From Bacteroidota bacterium (GTDB lineage Bacteria; Bacteroidota; Bacteroidia; Bacteroidales; CAIWKO01): a stretch of 64,000 nt of DNA. The stretch is from contig JBAXND010000008.1 of the NCBI GenBank assembly GCA_037133915.1, positions 16,564 through 80,563 of the forward strand, written 5' to 3'. Both the position numbers and the translations under genes were made by a program. The notes beneath the pieces are model-generated. The model saw only the letters and a list, made by a program, of their open reading frames with translations. It was not told the DNA's origin and did no database searches. Below, one piece after another: positions 9,286 through 17,700 of the stretch (positions are counted from its first letter, which is position 1; every line of letters begins with the position of its first letter).

Positions 9286-12258
9286 ATGCCATTAAGCAAG
9301 ATGCTGACATTGCGGAAGTATTACTTCCAGGACACATCCTTCAAACTGCTGATGCAGAAACGGATTTATCACGTACTGCTTATCTGCAGCAGCTACGATG
9401 CATTTATGCTTGAAGAAGACGGCCGCATCGACGAGCAGATATTCAATGAATACGTATCGCTGAACCTGCGCTATCCGCCACGTTTCATCATGGCATCCAA
9501 CTATGAGCAGGCATTTGAAATCCTGCACCGCGAGAATATTGATCTGGTGATAACCATGCTCAGCGTAAGTGATCCGTTTGAGCTTGCCCGAAAAATTAAA
9601 GGGAAATACCCGAAAAAGCCTATCGTTGCCCTTACTCCGTTTTCACGCGAAGTAACCCAACTCCTTGCAAGCGGCGACATGAGCGCCATCGATTATGTTT
9701 TTTGCTGGCTGGGAAATACCGAAATTCTGCTGGCCATCATCAAACTTATCGAAGATAAAATGAATGTTGAGTTTGATGTGGAAGAAGTCGGAGTGCAGTC
9801 AATTTTGCTGGTCGAGGATTCCATTCGCTTTTATTCGAGTTACCTGCCATTGCTGTATAAGCTCATCTTCAAACAGTCGAAGGAGTTTATGATGGAAGGG
9901 CTGAACGAGCATCAGAAAATGCTCAGAATGCGCGGCCGGCCGAAGATTCTGCTTGCCATGAATTATGAAGATGCCATTACCCTGTATGATAAATACAAAA
10001 ATAATCTGCTGGGCGTAATTACCGATATGTCGTTCAAACGCGACGGCGTTAAAGACAACAGGGCAGGAGTGAAGCTCGTTGAAAAAGTGAAGGCCGATGA
10101 CAGATTTATGCCGGTGATGATTCAGAGCTTTGACATCGAAAACGCTGTGGTGGCGCATGAACTCAATGTTGACTTCATCCACAAGCAATCAAAAACATTG
10201 TCTATTGAGCTGCGCGACTTCATTAACGAACAGCTTACGTTTGGCGATTTTATTTTCAGAAATCCCGAAACCCACGAAGAAATAACCCGGGCATCGGACC
10301 TGCAAACCCTTCAGCAGCGCATATTTGAGGTGCCCGACGATTCTCTCAGTTATCACATACAGCGCAATCATTTTTCGAAATGGCTCAATGCGCGTGCGCT
10401 TTTCCCCATCGGCGAAATGTTCAAGTATGTCCGTCCCGACGACTTTCAGGATATTGACGAAATAAAACGCTATTTGTTTGAAGCCATCGCAAGTTACAGG
10501 ATGAATAAAGGCAGAGGTATTATTGCCGAATTCAACCGCTCCAGCTTCGACGAATATATTTTCTTTGCGCGCAACGGCGAAGGCTCTATGGGCGGCAAAG
10601 CCCGCGGTCTGGCATTCATCGACAGCCTGATTAAGAGAAACAGAATCTTCGATAAATTTGATGATATCATCGTTACCATTCCCCGAACGGTGGTTCTTAC
10701 AACCGATGTGTTCGATGAGTTCATGGAAGAAAACAATCTCTACAGGATTGGTCTTTCCGATATGCCCGATGAGGAAATTCTGAAAAATTTTATCCGTGCA
10801 CGCCTGCCGTTCCGTATTCATGAAGATTTGCTTGCCTTCATTACCGTTATAAAAAATCCCATTGCCATTCGCTCCTCCAGCCTTCTCGAAGATTCACACT
10901 ATCAGCCATTCGCCGGCATCTACTCTACTTATTTTATTCCTAAAATAGAGAATGACGAGCGCAAGATGATTGAGATGCTGAGCTATGCCATTAAATGTGT
11001 GTATGCCTCTGTGTATTTCAAAGCCAGCAAGGCCTACATGACGGCAACTTCCAATGTTATTGACGAAGAAAAGATGGGTATTATCCTTCAGGAAGTGTGC
11101 GGAACACGTTACGGCGACCGCTTCTATCCTGCACTTTCGGGGGTAGCACGCTCCATTAATTTCTATCCTATCTATCCCGAAAAAGCCGAAGACGGTGTGG
11201 TAAATCTTGCTTATGGTCTCGGGAAATACATTGTTGACGGAGGAACCACACTTCGTTTTTCACCTGCGTATCCTAAGAAAATTATTCAGCTCTCATCGCC
11301 CGAAATGGCATTGCGCGAAACCCAGAACAGCTTCTACGCACTCGACCTGCGGCCTTCCAGTTTTATTCCCTCGGTTGACGATGGCGTGAATATTCTGAAG
11401 CTGCCGATAAGAGAAGCAGAACACGATGGAGCTCTTAAATATGCAGCATCTACGTTTGATATGGAAAACAATACTATCAGGGATGGTATCGGCTCCCCGG
11501 GCAAGCGTATAATAACCTATTCAAACCTGCTTAACTATAATATGTTTCCGCTGGCGGAAATTTTGAAAACCTTGTTATACACCGGTCAGCGCGAGATGAA
11601 CAATCCTGTTGAAATAGAGTTTGCTGCAAATCTGGATGTTCCCAAAGGCAGGCCTAAGATTTTTAATTTCCTGCAGATTCGACCCATAGTTGATAATAAG
11701 GAATCGGTGAACATCAGTATTGACACGGTTAAGAAAGAAGACTGCCTTATTTATTCTACTTCGGCTCTTGGAAACGGCGTCATCTCTAATGTTTGTGATA
11801 TTATTTACGTGAAGCCCGAAACCTTTGATCCTTCAAAAAATCCTGAAATTGCCAATACTATTGACCGGCTCAATTCCGAATTTCTGAAACTGAAGAAAAA
11901 CTACATTCTGGTAGCGCCCGGCCGCTGGGGGTCCAGCGATCCGTGGCTTGGGGTTCCTGTAAAATGGCCGCAGATTTCGGGAGCGCGCATCATCGTTGAA
12001 TCGGGGCTCGACCGTTATCGTGTTGACCCCAGTCAGGGTACGCATTTCTTTCAGAATCTGACATCTTTCAGGGTGGGCTATTTCACTATAAATCCATACG
12101 TTGGCGACGGACTTTTTGACGTGGCCTATCTCAATAAATTTGATGCCTCCTATGAAGACCAATACCTGCGTCACATACAATTTGCCACACCTCTGGTGAT
12201 TAAAATTGACGGTAAAAAGAGCCTGGGCGTGGTGTTCAAACCAAACATGGGAACGTAA
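9286..12258 (+). CDS. Double receiver-domain protein fused to a PEP/pyruvate-binding (PPDK_N, ATP-grasp) domain
   Basis: 990 aa. REC-like domain 1 (aa ~25-140) is degenerate: VLLICSS instead of the acidic pair, DLVITMLS with Met at the phospho-acceptor position. REC domain 2 (aa ~170-300) has all key residues (LLVEDS, GVITDMSF, PVMIQS, FIHK). The C-terminal ~570 aa carries GGKARGLAFI and ALSGVARS, typical of the nucleotide-binding domain of PEP synthase/PPDK. No phospho-His swivel domain or PEP-utiliser TIM barrel is evident. Confidence 0.75.
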   Translation: MPLSKMLTLRKYYFQDTSFKLLMQKRIYHVLLICSSYDAFMLEEDGRIDEQIFNEYVSLNLRYPPRFIMASNYEQAFEILHRENIDLVITMLSVSDPFELARKIKGKYPKKPIVALTPFSREVTQLLASGDMSAIDYVFCWLGNTEILLAIIKLIEDKMNVEFDVEEVGVQSILLVEDSIRFYSSYLPLLYKLIFKQSKEFMMEGLNEHQKMLRMRGRPKILLAMNYEDAITLYDKYKNNLLGVITDMSFKRDGVKDNRAGVKLVEKVKADDRFMPVMIQSFDIENAVVAHELNVDFIHKQSKTLSIELRDFINEQLTFGDFIFRNPETHEEITRASDLQTLQQRIFEVPDDSLSYHIQRNHFSKWLNARALFPIGEMFKYVRPDDFQDIDEIKRYLFEAIASYRMNKGRGIIAEFNRSSFDEYIFFARNGEGSMGGKARGLAFIDSLIKRNRIFDKFDDIIVTIPRTVVLTTDVFDEFMEENNLYRIGLSDMPDEEILKNFIRARLPFRIHEDLLAFITVIKNPIAIRSSSLLEDSHYQPFAGIYSTYFIPKIENDERKMIEMLSYAIKCVYASVYFKASKAYMTATSNVIDEEKMGIILQEVCGTRYGDRFYPALSGVARSINFYPIYPEKAEDGVVNLAYGLGKYIVDGGTTLRFSPAYPKKIIQLSSPEMALRETQNSFYALDLRPSSFIPSVDDGVNILKLPIREAEHDGALKYAASTFDMENNTIRDGIGSPGKRIITYSNLLNYNMFPLAEILKTLLYTGQREMNNPVEIEFAANLDVPKGRPKIFNFLQIRPIVDNKESVNISIDTVKKEDCLIYSTSALGNGVISNVCDIIYVKPETFDPSKNPEIANTIDRLNSEFLKLKKNYILVAPGRWGSSDPWLGVPVKWPQISGARIIVESGLDRYRVDPSQGTHFFQNLTSFRVGYFTINPYVGDGLFDVAYLNKFDASYEDQYLRHIQFATPLVIKIDGKKSLGVVFKPNMGT

Positions 12259-12374
12259 ATCAGGGAACAGGGAATAGGTAATAAGTAATAGGGAACAATA
12301 ATTAGTCAATTTGATAATTCAGGTTTATAAGCCGGCTGTTTTCCCTTTACCCTTTACCTTTCTGCTTAATCTTC

Positions 12375-12493
12375 CGACTCTCGACTCACGACTCACGACT
12401 CACGACTCACGACTCACGACTCTTGACTCACGACTCACGACTCACGACTCACGACTCTTGACTCACGACTCTTGACTCACGACTCTCGACTTT
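12375..12493 (+). repeat. 17 perfect-period tandem heptamers (CGACTCA x8, CGACTCT x5, TGACTCA x3, CGACTTT x1)
   Basis: Direct reading gives 119 nt = 17 x 7 with no indels. It lies in the intergenic region between the receiver/PPDK_N gene and gdhA. Confidence 0.95.
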
Positions 12494-12669
12494 CCGTGTA
12501 TCACATAAGCGAAATACGTAAAAAACTTAAAATATTTTCTTCATTCCTTCCTTTCTATGCTTAATTATGTAATTTTGTGTGGGCAATACATAAATAAACC
12601 TCAGATTATTAACGATTTATTAGCATAAAAATATTTTTTCAAATAAGTCGCCATATATCGGAAAATGAT

Positions 12670-12677
12670 TAATTTTG
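12670..12677 (+). promoter_or_regulatory. Candidate -7 promoter box upstream of gdhA (identical second box at 12570..12577)
   Basis: TAATTTTG (TAnnTTTG consensus) occurs twice exactly 100 bp apart, 162 and 262 nt upstream of the gdhA ATG. Confidence 0.3.
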
Positions 12678-12838
12678 TACTGTTAATTCATTAACATTGT
12701 TACAAAAGTTACAACAAAGCATATTAATATAAGAAACTGAATTTAACCGGTCAAAGAGAAATCACTAACAAGAATTTACACAATCACACAGTTATAAAGT
12801 TTAAACAACACATTAATATTAATCTAAATTTCAAAGAG

Positions 12839-14176
12839 ATGAACGTAGATAAAATTATGAACGACCTTGAGAAAAAAAATCCGGGTGAAGTAGAATACCT
12901 GCAGGCCGTTCGTGAAGTGCTTGAATCCATTGAGGAAACTGTGAATGAAAACCCCCAGATCGAAGCTGCCGGCATCATCGAGCGTCTTGTTGAGCCCGAT
13001 CGTCTGCTTATAATCAAAGTTCCCTGGGTTGACGACAAAGGCGAAGTTCATGTAAACAGAGGCTTCCGCGTACAATTTAACAACGCTATCGGACCTTACA
13101 AAGGCGGTCTGCGTTTCCACCCGAGTGTGAATCTCTCAATCCTCAAATTCCTCGGATTTGAGCAGATTTTCAAAAACAGCCTTACTTCCCTTCCTATGGG
13201 CGGTGCTAAAGGTGGTTCAGATTTCGATCCCAAAGGCAAATCAAACGCTGAAGTAATGCGTTTCTGCCAGTCATTTATGCTGGAGCTGTGGAAAATAATT
13301 GGTCCTGAAATGGACGTTCCCGCCGGCGATATTGGTGTTGGTGGACGCGAAATAGGTTTCATGTTCGGTATGTACAAAAAACTTACCCACGAGCATGTTG
13401 GTGTTCTCACCGGCAAAGGTCTCAGCTGGGGTGGTTCACTCATCCGTCCGGAAGCTACCGGTTTCGGTAATGTGTATTTTGCAGAAGAAATGCTGAAAAC
13501 ACGCGGTCTCGATTTCAAAGGAAAAACAGTTGCTATCTCAGGTTTTGGTAATGTTGCATGGGGTGCAGCCCTCAAAGCTACTCAGCTGGGTGCAAAAGTT
13601 GTTACCATCAGTGGTCCCGACGGCTATATCTACGATCCCGAAGGTATCAGCGGTGCAAAAATTGACTATCTCCTCGAACTCCGTGCTTCAAACCAGGATA
13701 TCGTAAAACCATATTCATACGAATTCCCGAATGCTCAGTTCTTCCAGGGCAAACGTCCGTGGGAAGTAAAATGCGACATTGCTCTGCCTTGCGCAACCCA
13801 GAACGAACTTGGTAAAGAAGATGCATTGGCACTCGTTAAAAACGGCTGTATCTGCGTTAGCGAAGGCGCCAATATGCCTTCAACTCCTGAGGCTATTGAA
13901 GTATTCCACGCCAATAAAATTCTATTCGCTCCCGGAAAAGCTTCCAATGCCGGTGGTGTTGCAACTTCAGGTCTCGAAATGTCACAGAATTCAATGAAAC
14001 TGACATGGGGCAAAGAAGAAGTGGATAAACGTTTACACGAAATCATGAAGAACATACATGAAGCCTGTGTTAAACACGGTAAAAACAGTGAAGGTTATGT
14101 GAACTACGTTAAAGGCGCCAACATTGCCGGCTTCCTCAAAGTTGCTCATGCAATGCTCGACCAGGGCGTTTTATAA
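12839..14176 (+). CDS. gdhA: NADP-specific glutamate dehydrogenase
   Basis: 445 aa. It has the hexameric GDH motifs LPMGGAKGGSDFDPKGKS (catalytic Lys region) and GFGNVAWGAA (dinucleotide fold). Full-length colinear look of GdhA. Confidence 0.95.
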   Translation: MNVDKIMNDLEKKNPGEVEYLQAVREVLESIEETVNENPQIEAAGIIERLVEPDRLLIIKVPWVDDKGEVHVNRGFRVQFNNAIGPYKGGLRFHPSVNLSILKFLGFEQIFKNSLTSLPMGGAKGGSDFDPKGKSNAEVMRFCQSFMLELWKIIGPEMDVPAGDIGVGGREIGFMFGMYKKLTHEHVGVLTGKGLSWGGSLIRPEATGFGNVYFAEEMLKTRGLDFKGKTVAISGFGNVAWGAALKATQLGAKVVTISGPDGYIYDPEGISGAKIDYLLELRASNQDIVKPYSYEFPNAQFFQGKRPWEVKCDIALPCATQNELGKEDALALVKNGCICVSEGANMPSTPEAIEVFHANKILFAPGKASNAGGVATSGLEMSQNSMKLTWGKEEVDKRLHEIMKNIHEACVKHGKNSEGYVNYVKGANIAGFLKVAHAMLDQGVL

Positions 14177-14210
14177 TTTCATAATTTGTGTTTTGGTTTT
14201 TGTTGTTAAA

Positions 14211-14238
14211 AGGGTCGTCTTTATGGACGGCCCTTTTT
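14211..14238 (+). terminator. Rho-independent terminator of gdhA
   Basis: AGGGTCGTC-tttatg-GACGGCCCT forms a 9-bp stem (one G-U) followed by TTTTT, 35 nt after the gdhA stop. Confidence 0.8.
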
Positions 14239-14588
14239 CTATTTCAAACCCTGCGATTCAAAGCTAAAAGCCCGCACATAACTATCTTCAACATTCCTCT
14301 ATGCAGGGAATAAGCTCGCGAATGGAATATATATGTAACGATACAGCTCTGTCAATGCCGGCAACTGCAAGTTGAAATAGTCTGTGTCCGTCATTCAAAG
14401 CTGGCGTTTGCAAGGAAAAACCTTGCCCTGCCGAGGCTAAAACCTCGCGATTGCGAGCTCAAACATACCAGACCGGTATGTTCATATGAGCAACTGCAAG
14501 GTTCAGATATCTGCGCGGCTATGGTCAGGTGCAGGAAATCCCTGCGTTTCGGTCGTTGAGCTTGTCGAAACGCCGAAACGCAATGAAT

Positions 14589-14625
14589 GAAAAAACCGTA
14601 CCCTGAGCTTGTCGAAGGGTACGGT
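14589..14625 (-). terminator. Rho-independent terminator of the 14708..18601 gene
   Basis: ACCGTACCC (14595-14603) and GGGTACGGT (14617-14625) form a perfect 9-bp stem with a 13-nt loop. On the minus strand it is followed by a T-run (A-run 14589-14595 on plus). Confidence 0.75.
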
Positions 14626-14643
14626 TTCTCTACTTATGTCTTA

Positions 14644-14704
14644 TGACTTACGACTCACGACTCACGACTCATCCGCCGGAGGCGGACAGGCGACTCACGA
14701 CTCA
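14644..14704 (-). repeat. Second CGACTCA heptamer locus (4 + 2 units) interrupted by a GC hairpin
   Basis: Reading: tgactta cgactca cgactca cgactca - tccgccggaggcggacagg - cgactca cgactca. It ends 4 nt from the stop codon of the minus-strand adhesin gene, so it lies in that gene's 3' UTR. Confidence 0.85.
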
Positions 14705-14707
14705 AGT

Positions 14708-17700
14708 CTACCTCACTAAAGTCACATTCCCCATTATCTTGTACTTCTTATTGAGGTTGTCGGTGTAGTAGGCAATCCATGTATATACCGCCGGAGGAGC
14801 AATGGTACTGCTGCCTTTCACGGAGCCGTCCCAGCCTTTGCCTATTTCGGTGCAGACATACACTTCCTGTCCCCAGCGATCAAAAATATGCATCTCAAAT
14901 TTGTTGGAGATAAGACCCTGGATACTTGGCATAAAGAACTCATTCAAACCATTACCATCAGGGGTAAAGGCCGTGGGCGCAAATATCAGTATCTGTGGGA
15001 AAATGGTAATCAGCCGTGATGTTGTATCGGAACAGCCATGGTTGCTCGATGCAACAAGAATGACATTAAATGTACCCGTATCACTAAAGGTATGCGATGG
15101 CAGGTGCTCCGTAGATTCATTGAGAATTCCTGAGGCAGGATCATCAAAATTCCAGTACCAGGTATTGGCACCCGACGATTGATTTACCATATTCACTTTT
15201 GGATCGTCCATAGTAGCTACCGATGGTGAGAAGTAGAAATCGGCCACCGGTTTTGTATAGACATTGATGGTTGAAACGCCTGTTTCTGTGCAGCCGTCGG
15301 TTGTCACTGCCGTGAGCGATGCGGTGTAGGTACCTTCGTTGGCATAGGTATGCATCGGGCTCAACTCAAAAGATGTATTGTTTGCCGAAAATAAATCACC
15401 AAAATTCCATGCCCATGATGAATCAGCAATGTTGACACCCGGAACATAGTCGAAGTTAACATCAAGTGGCTTGCAGCCTTCGCTTGGCACCGTGCTGAAT
15501 GTAAGTCCCGACAAGGGGAATACGTTAATAAGTACCGTTGCTGCACCTGTGCATCCCACGTTATCGGTACCGGTTACTGTATACACAGTCGTGGTGGTGG
15601 GTGATGCCACAACCGCCGGACCGGTGCTGTTTGATAATCCCGTTGCCGGCGTCCATACATACGTATCGGCACCTGCTGCGAGGCATGTTGTTGATTGTCC
15701 CGGACAAACATTCGCACTCGACGGTAAGGCCGTAACAGTGATTCCGTTTATTACATTAATATTTTGTGTCGCGCTGTTCACACAACTTGTAGCCGGATCA
15801 GTATACGTATAGGTAATGGTTGCAACACCAATCCCTGCTGTTGACGGGGTAAAGGTATTTGCGCTGACTCCCGCTCCCGAATACGTTCCGCCCGCAGGTG
15901 TCGCCGTATTCAGTAAAAATGGTGTTGAGTTCACGCAAACACTTGAGTAATTCGGGAAATTGATGGCAGGAAGATTATTTACAATAATATTGTAAGTTGA
16001 AGTACCAACGCATGAAGTAACCGGATCAGTCAAGGTATAGGTTATCGTATGTGTTCCTACGCCTGCCGTGGCAGGGTCAAACGTTCCAAGGGTGGCATCG
16101 GTAATGCCTGTTCCGCTCCATGTTCCACCGGCAGTGGCGGCACTAAGTGTCGTTGATGGGCTGTCAACACAATACGGTCCCGCAGCGGTTATTGTTGTAT
16201 TCGGGATGGGATTTACAACAACGGTATCTACTCCAATTCCCGGGTTTCCTGTGATACACGAAGGTGAGTTAGAGGTTACCGTACAGCTAATGATATTCGT
16301 TCCTACCGGAAGGTTATTGGCCGAATAAATATTCACACCTGTACCAACGTTTACACCATTCAGTTGCCACTGATAAGTGGGTGCTGTGCCGCCATTGGTA
16401 ACCGTGGCGCCAAATACTACTGTAGTTCCGAAGCATATCGGGCTAACAGGAAGTGATGTTACAACAACACCTACAGGCGCACTTGTATCAACCGTAACAA
16501 CAAAATTAACCGCAGGACCAACACAACCATTGGCAGTCGGTGTGATGGTATAGGTTACAGTACCCAGGGTAGTAAGACTGTTATTAAGGATATCATTGAT
16601 GTTACCGCTTCCGGAACCGCTAAAGCCGGTGATTGTGCCACTGGTATTTGAGCCGGTCCAGCTGAAGGTGGTACCTGTTACGTTTGATGTAAGGATAATA
16701 TTAGTCGACTGTCCGCTGCAAATAGTCAGCGTAAGCGGACTGTTTGTAACGGTGGGTGTCGGATTTACTGTAACTGTATAATTGCCCTGAGGTCCGGTAC
16801 AGCCGTTATACGCTGCATTAATAAGGTAAACAACAGTGCCTGGATTCGAAGTCGTATTCGTAAGAACATCAGTAATATTCCCCGTACCGCTGGGTGTAAA
16901 TCCGGTGATGTTTCCGCTTGGACTGGTCGCCGACCACGCGAATGTGGCACCCGAAATATTTGAAGTCAGAAGTATGTTCAGTGCATCACCTGAGCAGATA
17001 GTCTGAGACAAGGGATTATTGGTGATAACGGGAGTGGGGTTCACTGTGATGGTATAGGTAGCCACAGTACCTGTGCATCCGTTTGCTGTTGGGGTAATGG
17101 TAATGGTAACTGTTCCTGCTGTTGTATCAGAATTTATTAACGTCATTGCGGGAATAGTACTTGTACCGCTTGCTGCTGCACCTGAAATATTCGGTGAAGC
17201 CGATGACGTCCATGCGAAGGTTGTTCCCGGAACAGCAGAGGTAAGCGTAACCGAAGTGGTGGTCTGTCCGCTGCAAATAGTCTGACTCATGGGTGTATTG
17301 GTAACCGTAGGCAGAGGGCTAATGGTTACATTCATACATGTATTTGCACTGTTGCCACAAGCATTTCCGGCGTTTACGCAGATTGTTCCGGAAGTGGTTC
17401 CGAAGGTAACACTGATTGATGTGGTTCCTTGTCCGCTGTTTATTACGGCGCCTGTTGGAACCGTCCAGTTATAAGTGGTTGCTCCGGCTACTGCCGTAAT
17501 TGAATAAGTCTGTGTGGTATTAGGACATGCTGTCGGAGGACCGGTTATAGCTCCGGGAGCGGGTGGCGTCGGTGCCAGCGTCGTGGTAATACACGTAGGA
17601 GCACTCGTGCCGCAGGTATTCGATGCTGTTACGCAAATATTTCCTGCATTGGCGCCAAAAGTCACCGTAATGGAAGTTGTGCCTTGTCCTGATGTAACGG

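Noticed and set aside
10189-10821. A 210-aa minus-strand ORF inside the receiver/PPDK_N gene, and similar long antisense ORFs (32687..33391, 49577..50113, 35900..36391, 43859..44365, 27456..27956, 12824..13575).
   Set aside because: Each is fully embedded antisense in a confidently identified gene. None has a recognisable motif, and their composition mirrors the sense gene.
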